Shown here piece after piece: positions 47,631-58,200 of a DNA stretch of 64,000 bases. The notes below the pieces were generated by a model that saw nothing but the letters and a program-made list of their open reading frames with translations, did not search any database and was not told the DNA's origin. The first letter of the stretch is position 1. Each line of letters opens with the position of its first letter. This stretch comes from TPA_inf: Saccharomyces (Eukaryota): contig BK006938.2 in NCBI GenBank assembly GCA_000146045.2, positions 704,001 through 768,000 of the forward strand. Direction: 5' to 3'. A program made the position numbers and the translations under genes.

Positions 47631-49235
47631 ATGTACACCAATTATTCACTTACAAGCAGTGACGCAATGCCCCGAACTTACTTGGTCGGCACAGCCTCAC
47701 CAGAAATGTCTAAGAAAAAGCGCCAGTCTGCAAATTGTGACAAGCCAACGAGGAGGGTGATCCACATCATCGATACTAATGAGCACTCAGAAGTCGACTT
47801 GAAAAATGAACTGCCAATAACATGCACGAATGAAGACGGTGAGATGACATCAAGCTCATGGACTTCACAAACCGCTAATGATTTTCTCAAACTGGCATAC
47901 GTAAACGCGAAATTAGACCCGTCTTTGCCATCTCAATATTTCAAACAAGATATCATAAATGTTTTACAAAGCTTGGAGATTCCTGGATGGTCTGTGCCCG
48001 GCTCTAAAGAATCCTCGTTGAATAAGAATTTATTAACTTTGACACAAATCAAGGGGGCCCTTACAAATGTTATTTATAAGATTCACTATCCAAACTTACC
48101 CCCTTTACTGATGAGAATTTTTGGTGATAGCATAGATTCTGTAATTGATAGAGAGTATGAATTAAAGGTTATTGCGAGATTATCATTTTATGATTTAGGA
48201 CCCAAACTAGAAGGGTTTTTTGAAAATGGCAGATTTGAAAAATACATTGAGGGTTCGAGGACATCTACTCAAGCCGACTTTATAGATCGGGATACTTCAA
48301 TAAAAATTGCTAAAAAATTGAAAGAGTTGCATTGTACTGTTCCATTAACGCATAAAGAAATAACGGATCAACCGTCATGCTGGACAACCTTTGATCAGTG
48401 GATCAAATTAATAGACTCGCATAAAGAGTGGGTTTCCAATAATGTAAATATAAGTGAAAATTTACGCTGTTCAAGTTGGAATTTTTTTTTAAAGAGTTTC
48501 AAAAATTATAAGCGTTGGTTGTATAATGATTCTGCTTTTACCTCAAAATTATTAAGAGAGGATGATAAAGATAGTATGATAAATTCTGGGCTAAAAATGG
48601 TATTTTGCCATAACGACTTACAGCATGGTAATTTACTTTTTAAAAGTAAGGGTAAGGATGACATCTCAGTGGGCGATTTAACAATTATTGACTTTGAGTA
48701 CGCAGGCCCTAACCCCGTTGTATTTGATTTATCAAATCATTTGAATGAATGGATGCAAGACTATAATGATGTGCAGTCTTTCAAGTCTCATATTGATAAG
48801 TATCCAAAAGAAGAAGATATTTTAGTTTTTGCACAAAGTTATATAAATCACATGAATGAGAACCATGTCAAAATTGCTTCTCAAGAGGTTAGGATTCTTT
48901 ACAATCTAATCATCGAATGGAGGCCTTGTACACAATTATTCTGGTGCCTTTGGGCTCTTTTGCAAAGCGGAAGGCTACCACAACGACCACTGATAGAAGG
49001 TGAAAAACTAATGAGCGAAAAGGCTGGACTAGGTGATGAAACGCACCTTATGGAGCACAAAAATAAAGAGAATGGAAAATACGATTGTTCTGAAGATGAT
49101 TCGTTCAACTATTTAGGATTTTGTAAAGAAAAAATGTCTGTCTTTTGGGGCGATTTAATTACATTGGGAGTTATCGACAAAGACTGCCCAGATATTGGAA
49201 AAACAGATTACTTAGACACTAAACTTATTTTTTAA
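47631..49235 (+). CDS. EKI1: Ethanolamine kinase, 534 aa.
   Basis: Choline/ethanolamine kinase motifs HNDLQHGNLL and IIDFEYAGPN. Length matches YDR147W. Confidence 0.93.
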   Translation: MYTNYSLTSSDAMPRTYLVGTASPEMSKKKRQSANCDKPTRRVIHIIDTNEHSEVDLKNELPITCTNEDGEMTSSSWTSQTANDFLKLAYVNAKLDPSLPSQYFKQDIINVLQSLEIPGWSVPGSKESSLNKNLLTLTQIKGALTNVIYKIHYPNLPPLLMRIFGDSIDSVIDREYELKVIARLSFYDLGPKLEGFFENGRFEKYIEGSRTSTQADFIDRDTSIKIAKKLKELHCTVPLTHKEITDQPSCWTTFDQWIKLIDSHKEWVSNNVNISENLRCSSWNFFLKSFKNYKRWLYNDSAFTSKLLREDDKDSMINSGLKMVFCHNDLQHGNLLFKSKGKDDISVGDLTIIDFEYAGPNPVVFDLSNHLNEWMQDYNDVQSFKSHIDKYPKEEDILVFAQSYINHMNENHVKIASQEVRILYNLIIEWRPCTQLFWCLWALLQSGRLPQRPLIEGEKLMSEKAGLGDETHLMEHKNKENGKYDCSEDDSFNYLGFCKEKMSVFWGDLITLGVIDKDCPDIGKTDYLDTKLIF

Positions 49236-49674
49236 GCTGTATACACAATCAAGTATTTTTCTATTCACTGCGATAAAATTGTGTTTTTCAACATGTTAGG
49301 TCAATGGAAAGTCATTATTTTGAAGCAAAATGTAAAAAAAGAATATTATTAAGAGAATAAATTCTTTCAAAAATGTAGAGCAAGTTATGTGGAAATCAAA
49401 AGAATATTAGTTGATTCTATTATATAATAAATAGTTATAATCATTGTATTTTGATGATGAAAATTCAGTATCTAAGAGTTATAGCCAAGAGAGTAATTTT
49501 TAATACTTTTTTGCGCTTTTCCATATCTCATTATAAAAAGAAAACATTAATTCATAGTTCCATTTATCATCATAGCATATCTTTAAATATCATACTTAAA
49601 TAGAAGAGATTCACACAGTAATAGCGGACAAGAATAATCATGAAATCAGATTGGTATGGGCTGCAAATTTCAAA

Positions 49675-51066
49675 TCACCATAACAACATTTTTCTAGGGT
49701 CTTCAATCAACTCTTTAACAGTCTTCAAGAAGGTAACAGCTTCTCTACCATCTAGCAATCTATGATCATAAGTCAAAGCCAAGTACATCATTGGTCTTGA
49801 GACAATTTGTCCATTAACAGTGACAGGTCTCTCTTTGACACCATGCAAGCCTAGGACGGCTGTTTGTGGTGAATTGATGATAGGAGTACCGTATAATGAA
49901 CCAAAAACACCACCATTAGATATGGTGAAAGTACCACCCGTCATATCTTCTAGGGTTAATTTGCCATCACGCGCTTTATGACTCAAGCGAACAATTTCGT
50001 TCTCAATATCTAAAACACTCAATGACTCTGCATTACGAACGACGGGGGTAACCAAACCCTTTGGAGTGGCCACAGCAACAGAAATATCTGTGTAATCACG
50101 ATAAACAATCTGGTCACCTTCAATGGCACCATTGACGGCTGGAATATCCTTGGCGGCCAAGGTACATGCTTTGGAGAAAAGACCCATGAATCCGAATTTA
50201 GTACCGGTCTTCTTAATAATCTCATCTTTATACAGTTTCCTCATTTCCATCAAAGCTGACATGTCAACTTCGTTGAATGTGGTTAAGGAAGCAGCAGTGT
50301 TTTGAGACTCTTTTAATCTTTCGGCAATCCTCAATCTCATACGGTTCATTTTGACCCTGGTTTCTGTACGTGGAAATGGTGTGAAAGAGTTAGAGGCTAC
50401 TGGGGGTTCCTGCGCCTTAGAGACGGTCTTCTTTGGTTGATCAGCCTTTTTTGGTTCTGTAACTTCTTTCTTTGGAGCGGCTTCTTTCTTTGGAGCAGCT
50501 TCTTTCTTTGAAGCCGTTTCCTCACTTGAGTTTTCCCTTGCGGCGACACCTTGCGATGGCTCCGCTTGTTCGGTAGGCTCTGGCTTAGATTCTCCAGAAC
50601 CCTCAGCAGGTGCTTCACCAGGCTCGACCTGAGCTAACTCCTCACCAACAGTGACAGTGTCCTCTGGTTTGAAATTTAGCTTCGTAACAGTACCTGATAC
50701 TGGCGAATTGACCTCAATATCAATTTTATCGGTCTCAATAGTGGCCAACAGCTCGTCCTCCTTAATAAAATCACCAACGTTTTTAGTATATTCCTTTAAA
50801 GAGCCTTCAGTCAGGGACTCTGCCATCGGAGGAACTTCAATAGAGGTAGATTTAAAACGATTGCTAGTTATGGAGAACGGATTCGCCGCAACTGAAATTT
50901 TCTTGCCGGATAAATATATTGAACCTAAGGATTCGACCTTGTTAGCTTGTTTGAACAAACTTGTAGAAGCATGTCTCTTGACGAAAGAAGCAGCCATAAC
51001 ATTTCTAGCCACTTTAGATTTTACTAAGGATTTGGCAGCTGCAGTACGCGTCGCTCTGGAAAGCAT
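49675..51066 (-). CDS. KGD2: Dihydrolipoyl transsuccinylase (E2 of 2-oxoglutarate dehydrogenase), 463 aa.
   Basis: Lipoyl domain (ETDKIDIEV), Ala/Pro/Lys-rich linker, and catalytic DHRLLDG motif. Confidence 0.95.
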   Translation of the reverse strand: MLSRATRTAAAKSLVKSKVARNVMAASFVKRHASTSLFKQANKVESLGSIYLSGKKISVAANPFSITSNRFKSTSIEVPPMAESLTEGSLKEYTKNVGDFIKEDELLATIETDKIDIEVNSPVSGTVTKLNFKPEDTVTVGEELAQVEPGEAPAEGSGESKPEPTEQAEPSQGVAARENSSEETASKKEAAPKKEAAPKKEVTEPKKADQPKKTVSKAQEPPVASNSFTPFPRTETRVKMNRMRLRIAERLKESQNTAASLTTFNEVDMSALMEMRKLYKDEIIKKTGTKFGFMGLFSKACTLAAKDIPAVNGAIEGDQIVYRDYTDISVAVATPKGLVTPVVRNAESLSVLDIENEIVRLSHKARDGKLTLEDMTGGTFTISNGGVFGSLYGTPIINSPQTAVLGLHGVKERPVTVNGQIVSRPMMYLALTYDHRLLDGREAVTFLKTVKELIEDPRKMLLW

Positions 51067-51393
51067 TGTTTAAATAATTATCTGAAGTTGTGTCTTTGGT
51101 TGTAACAAATGTGGTAGTGAAGTTTATAACAATATATCTATTCACTGATATATACCGTTAAAGATAGCTGCCTAATTTTTTATTTCGGATTTTTCTTTTT
51201 TTTACGTTAGATATTTCCTCCCCTGAAGCTCAAAAAGAGATTATATATGAAAAGTAGGCCTAGTTGAGGGAAAAAGGATTTGCATTTGCTGATAGACCAA
51301 GTGTGGATCCGAGCCCTGTAGTAGAATGGTGCTAATGTAGAATAAGAATAAGCTTTAGGAACCATAGATTCCTGCGTAATTTGTGGCCGCTTT

Positions 51394-51431
51394 ATTGGCT
51401 CACTCCGGGCAGGACCTTAGTTTTGATTGGC
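51394..51431. promoter_or_regulatory. Two CCAAT (HAP2/3/4/5) boxes about 330-365 bp upstream of KGD2. On the KGD2 strand they read AGCCAATAAAG and GCCAATCAAAA.
   Basis: ATTGG at 51394-51398 and TGATTGGC at 51424-51431. KGD2 is a known HAP-regulated respiratory gene. Confidence 0.5.
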
Positions 51432-51554
51432 TGCAAAAAAAGGGTTGTTAATATCGTCTTTGACGGAGATGCGGGTGGCTGGAATTGTTTTGTTTATTAT
51501 TCCCCAAGAGAGAAGAGACAAGAAGTAGTAATGACGATGGAACAAAGATCGGTT

Positions 51555-52262
51555 CTAATAGGACCACAGGGTTGAATAGAGACGAGTAAAGACGCAACGG
51601 TCAAGGCTTTCCACGAGACGTTCGAATATGTCCCACAACAACAGGCATAAAAAGAATAACGATAAAGACAGCTCAGCAGGGCAGTATGCAAATAGCATTG
51701 ACAATTCATTAAGCCAGGAAAGCGTCTCAACGAACGGCGTAACAAGGATGGCTAACTTAAAGGCTGATGAATGCGGCAGTGGTGATGAAGGAGATAAAAC
51801 AAAGCGGTTTTCGATTTCAAGTATTTTGAGTAAAAGAGAGACAAAAGACGTGCTTCCGGAATTTGCAGGCAGTAGTTCCCACAATGGAGTACTCACGGCG
51901 AATTCATCAAAGGATATGAACTTTACTTTGGAACTAAGCGAGAATTTGTTGGTTGAGTGTAGGAAATTGCAATCCTCTAATGAAGCTAAAAATGAGCAAA
52001 TCAAGTCTCTCAAGCAAATTAAAGAGTCATTAAGTGACAAGATTGAGGAGCTCACTAACCAAAAAAAGTCCTTCATGAAAGAGTTGGATTCAACTAAAGA
52101 TTTAAACTGGGATTTAGAATCTAAATTAACAAACTTGAGCATGGAATGTAGGCAATTAAAAGAATTGAAGAAAAAGACTGAAAAATCTTGGAATGATGAA
52201 AAAGAAAGCCTGAAACTTCTGAAAACAGATTTGGAAATTTTAACATTAACAAAAAATGGCAT
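51555..52262 (-). other. Dubious ORF (YDR149C, 235 aa) antisense to the NUM1 5' region.
   Basis: Lies entirely within the NUM1 coding sequence on the opposite strand. Low-complexity translation. Confidence 0.55.
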
Positions 52263-55200
52263 GGAAAATGATCTTAGCTCTCAAAAACTTCATTACGATA
52301 AAGAGATTAGTGAATTAAAGGAAAGGATTTTAGACTTAAATAATGAAAACGACAGATTACTTATTAGTGTTTCTGATCTAACAAGTGAAATTAATTCCTT
52401 ACAGAGCAATAGAACTGAAAGAATAAAAATTCAAAAGCAACTTGATGACGCCAAAGCATCTATTTCTTCGTTAAAAAGAAAAGTACAAAAGAAGTATTAT
52501 CAAAAACAGCATACTTCCGATACTACAGTAACATCTGATCCTGATTCTGAGGGGACCACTAGTGAAGAAGACATTTTTGATATAGTGATCGAAATTGACC
52601 ACATGATTGAAACAGGCCCCTCTGTCGAGGACATTTCTGAAGATCTTGTCAAGAAATACTCAGAAAAAAACAATATGATATTGTTATCGAATGATTCATA
52701 TAAAAACTTACTACAAAAAAGTGAAAGTGCATCCAAACCAAAAGACGATGAATTAATGACCAAAGAGGTGGCTGAAAACCTGAATATGATCGCGTTACCA
52801 AATGATGACAATTACAGCAAAAAAGAGTTTTCGTTAGAATCTCATATTAAATATTTAGAAGCTTCTGGCTATAAAGTTCTTCCTCTAGAGGAGTTTGAGA
52901 ACCTAAACGAATCCCTATCAAATCCATCATATAACTATCTCAAGGAAAAACTTCAGGCTTTGAAAAAGATACCCATCGATCAAAGTACGTTTAACTTGTT
53001 AAAAGAGCCTACTATTGATTTTTTACTGCCTTTAACATCCAAAATTGATTGCCTGATAATACCTACCAAAGATTATAATGACCTTTTTGAGAGTGTCAAG
53101 AATCCATCAATTGAACAAATGAAAAAATGCCTGGAAGCAAAGAACGACTTACAATCGAATATTTGTAAATGGCTGGAGGAGAGAAACGGCTGTAAATGGC
53201 TAAGTAATGATCTGTATTTTTCAATGGTTAATAAGATAGAAACACCTTCGAAACAATACCTGTCAGATAAGGCAAAAGAATACGACCAAGTGCTGATTGA
53301 TACTAAAGCCTTAGAAGGTTTAAAGAACCCAACGATAGACTTTCTAAGAGAAAAAGCTTCTGCATCAGATTATTTATTACTCAAAAAAGAAGACTACGTG
53401 AGCCCATCACTGGAATACCTAGTTGAACATGCCAAGGCCACCAATCACCATTTACTATCGGATAGTGCATACGAAGACCTAGTCAAGTGCAAGGAGAATC
53501 CTGATATGGAATTCTTGAAGGAGAAGTCTGCCAAACTAGGCCACACTGTGGTATCCAACGAGGCATATTCTGAATTGGAAAAGAAACTAGAACAACCATC
53601 ACTGGAATACCTAGTTGAACATGCCAAGGCGACCAATCACCATTTACTATCGGATAGTGCATACGAAGACCTAGTCAAGTGCAAGGAGAATCCTGATATG
53701 GAATTCTTGAAGGAGAAGTCTGCCAAACTAGGCCATACTGTGGTATCCAACGAGGCATATTCTGAATTGCAACGCAAATACTCAGAATTGGAGAAGGAAG
53801 TAGAACAACCATCTCTAGCATACTTAGTTGAACACGCCAAGGCTACCGATCACCATTTACTATCGGATAGTGCATACGAAGACCTAGTCAAGTGCAAGGA
53901 GAATCCTGATGTGGAATTCTTGAAGGAGAAGTCTGCTAAACTAGGCCATACTGTGGTATCTAGCGAGGAATATTCTGAATTGCAACGCAAATACTCAGAA
54001 TTGGAGAAGGAAGTAGAACAACCATCACTAGCATACCTAGTCGAACACGCCAAGGCTACCGATCACCATTTACTATCGGATAGTGCATACGAAGAACTAG
54101 TCAAGTGCAAGGAGAATCCTGATATGGAATTCTTGAAGGAGAAGTCTGCCAAACTAGGCCACACTGTGGTATCCAACGAGGCATATTCTGAATTGGAAAA
54201 GAAACTAGAACAACCATCACTAGCATACCTAGTCGAACATGCCAAGGCTACCGATCACCATCTGCTATCGGATAGTGCATACGAAGACCTAGTCAAGTGC
54301 AAGGAAAATTCTGATGTAGAATTCTTGAAGGAGAAGTCTGCTAAACTAGGCCATACTGTGGTATCCAACGAAGCATATTCTGAATTGGAAAAGAAACTAG
54401 AACAACCATCACTAGCATACCTAGTCGAACATGCCAAGGCTACCGATCACCATCTGCTATCGGATAGTGCATACGAAGACCTAGTCAAGTGCAAGGAGAA
54501 TCCTGATATGGAATTCTTGAAGGAGAAGTCTGCCAAACTAGGCCACACTGTGGTATCCAACGAGGCATATTCTGAATTGGAAAAGAAACTAGAACAACCA
54601 TCACTGGAATACCTAGTTGAACATGCCAAGGCCACCAATCACCATTTACTATCGGATAGTGCATACGAAGACCTAGTCAAGTGCAAGGAGAATCCTGATA
54701 TGGAATTCTTGAAGGAGAAGTCTGCCAAACTAGGCCACACTGTGGTATCCAACGAGGCATATTCTGAATTGGAAAAGAAACTAGAACAACCATCACTGGA
54801 ATACCTAGTTGAACATGCCAAGGCCACCAATCACCATCTGCTATCGGATAGTGCATACGAAGAACTAGTCAAGTGCAAGGAAAATCCTGATGTAGAATTC
54901 TTGAAGGAGAAGTCTGCTAAACTAGGCCATACTGTGGTATCCAACGAAGCATATTCTGAATTGGAAAAGAAACTAGAACAACCATCACTGGAATACCTAG
55001 TTGAACATGCCAAGGCCACCAATCACCATCTGCTATCGGATAGTGCATACGAAGAACTAGTCAAGTGCAAGGAAAATCCTGATGTAGAATTCTTGAAGGA
55101 GAAGTCTGCTAAACTAGGCCATACTGTGGTATCCAACGAAGCATATTCTGAATTGGAAAAGAAACTAGAACAACCATCACTAGCATACCTAGTCGAACAT

Positions 55201-58200
55201 GCCAAGGCTACCGATCACCATCTGCTATCGGATAGTGCATACGAAGACCTAGTCAAGTGCAAGGAAAATCCTGATGTAGAATTCTTGAAGGAGAAGTCTG
55301 CTAAACTAGGCCATACTGTGGTATCCAACGAAGCATATTCTGAATTGGAAAAGAAACTAGAACAACCATCACTAGCATACCTAGTCGAACATGCCAAGGC
55401 TACCGATCACCATCTGCTATCGGATAGTGCATACGAAGACCTAGTCAAGTGCAAGGAGAATCCTGATATGGAATTCTTGAAGGAGAAGTCTGCCAAACTA
55501 GGCCACACTGTGGTATCCAACGAGGCATATTCTGAATTGGAAAAGAAACTAGAACAACCATCACTGGAATACCTAGTTGAACATGCCAAGGCCACCAATC
55601 ACCATCTGCTATCGGATAGTGCATACGAAGACCTAGTCAAGTGCAAGGAGAATCCTGATATGGAATTCTTGAAGGAGAAGTCTGCTAAACTGGGCCATAC
55701 TGTGGTATCCAACAAGGAATATTCTGAATTGGAAAAGAAACTAGAACAACCATCACTGGAATACTTAGTCAAACATGCCGAACAAATACAATCAAAAATT
55801 ATATCGATCTCGGACTTCAACACCTTAGCTAATCCATCTATGGAAGATATGGCTTCAAAATTGCAAAAGTTAGAATACCAGATTGTTTCGAACGATGAGT
55901 ACATTGCATTGAAAAATACGATGGAAAAGCCGGACGTTGAGTTACTAAGATCCAAGTTGAAAGGTTACCATATAATTGATACAACAACGTACAATGAGCT
56001 AGTCAGCAATTTCAATTCTCCTACGTTGAAGTTTATTGAAGAGAAAGCCAAAAGCAAAGGTTATAGATTAATAGAACCTAATGAATACCTTGACTTGAAT
56101 AGGATAGCCACTACACCTTCTAAAGAAGAGATTGATAACTTCTGCAAACAAATTGGGTGTTACGCTTTGGACTCTAAAGAATATGAAAGACTAAAAAATT
56201 CTCTGGAGAATCCCTCCAAGAAATTTATAGAAGAAAATGCCGCATTACTTGATCTTGTGCTAGTGGACAAAACGGAGTACCAAGCAATGAAAGATAATGC
56301 AAGCAACAAGAAATCACTTATTCCTTCAACCAAGGCACTTGATTTCGTTACAATGCCTGCCCCACAGCTTGCTTCTGCAGAGAAGTCATCACTACAAAAA
56401 AGAACTTTATCTGATATTGAAAATGAGTTAAAGGCCTTAGGCTACGTCGCAATTCGTAAAGAAAACCTGCCAAACCTAGAGAAACCAATTGTTGACAATG
56501 CCTCCAAAAATGATGTCTTGAACCTATGTTCGAAATTCAGTTTAGTACCATTGTCTACTGAAGAATATGATAATATGAGAAAGGAACACACTAAAATCTT
56601 AAATATTCTCGGTGATCCATCTATTGATTTCCTGAAGGAAAAATGTGAAAAATATCAAATGCTCATAATTAGTAAACATGATTACGAAGAAAAGCAAGAA
56701 GCCATTGAAAATCCAGGCTACGAATTTATTTTAGAAAAAGCATCAGCACTGGGATATGAATTAGTTAGCGAGGTTGAGCTGGATCGCATGAAACAAATGA
56801 TTGATTCACCAGATATTGACTACATGCAAGAAAAGGCTGCCCGCAATGAAATGGTGTTGTTGAGGAACGAGGAGAAGGAAGCATTGCAAAAGAAAATAGA
56901 ATATCCCTCTTTAACATTTTTAATCGAAAAGGCTGCTGGAATGAACAAAATACTTGTTGACCAAATCGAGTATGATGAAACTATAAGAAAATGCAATCAT
57001 CCCACTCGGATGGAGCTAGAGGAATCCTGTCATCACTTGAACTTGGTTTTGCTCGACCAAAACGAGTACTCAACTCTAAGAGAACCTTTGGAAAATCGAA
57101 ATGTTGAAGACTTAATTAACACCTTGAGCAAACTAAACTACATTGCAATTCCTAATACTATCTACCAAGATTTAATTGGAAAGTATGAGAATCCAAACTT
57201 TGATTATCTAAAGGATTCTTTGAACAAAATGGATTACGTCGCAATCTCTAGACAAGATTATGAATTGATGGTTGCTAAATACGAAAAGCCACAACTGGAT
57301 TATTTGAAAATTTCTTCAGAGAAAATCGACCACATTGTAGTGCCTCTGTCTGAGTACAATTTAATGGTTACAAATTATAGAAATCCCAGCTTGAGCTACT
57401 TAAAAGAGAAAGCCGTTTTGAATAATCATATTTTAATAAAAGAAGATGACTATAAAAACATTTTAGCAGTATCAGAACATCCGACAGTGATCCACCTCTC
57501 CGAAAAGGCATCTTTATTAAATAAAGTCTTGGTAGACAAGGATGATTTTGCGACCATGTCACGCTCGATTGAGAAACCAACTATCGATTTCTTATCCACT
57601 AAGGCGCTATCAATGGGGAAAATACTAGTTAATGAATCTACGCATAAAAGAAACGAGAAACTATTATCTGAACCAGATTCTGAATTTTTGACAATGAAAG
57701 CCAAGGAGCAAGGGCTAATTATCATTTCAGAAAAGGAATATTCTGAACTGCGGGATCAAATAGATCGTCCTAGCCTAGATGTTTTGAAAGAAAAGGCCGC
57801 CATTTTTGATAGCATCATAGTAGAAAACATAGAATACCAACAACTGGTAAACACTACAAGTCCCTGCCCTCCCATTACTTATGAAGATTTGAAAGTATAT
57901 GCCCACCAATTCGGTATGGAATTATGCCTCCAAAAACCCAACAAACTTTCTGGAGCTGAGCGTGCAGAGCGCATTGATGAACAATCAATAAATACGACCA
58001 GCAGTAACTCGACCACAACATCGAGCATGTTTACAGATGCACTAGATGATAATATCGAAGAGCTTAATCGTGTCGAATTGCAGAATAATGAAGATTATAC
58101 TGACATAATCTCGAAATCATCCACAGTGAAAGATGCTACCATTTTCATTCCCGCCTATGAAAACATCAAGAATTCTGCTGAAAAATTAGGCTACAAATTA

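Noticed and set aside
53445-55955. Twelve phased minus-strand ORFs of 60-118 aa (MACSTRYASDGCSSFFSNSEYASLDTTVWPSLADFSFKNS...), which look like a tandem family of small Cys-rich proteins.
   Set aside because: They are the antisense reading of the NUM1 192-bp repeats. Their spacing is exactly the repeat period. There are no promoters, and the sense strand is a verified 2748-aa gene.
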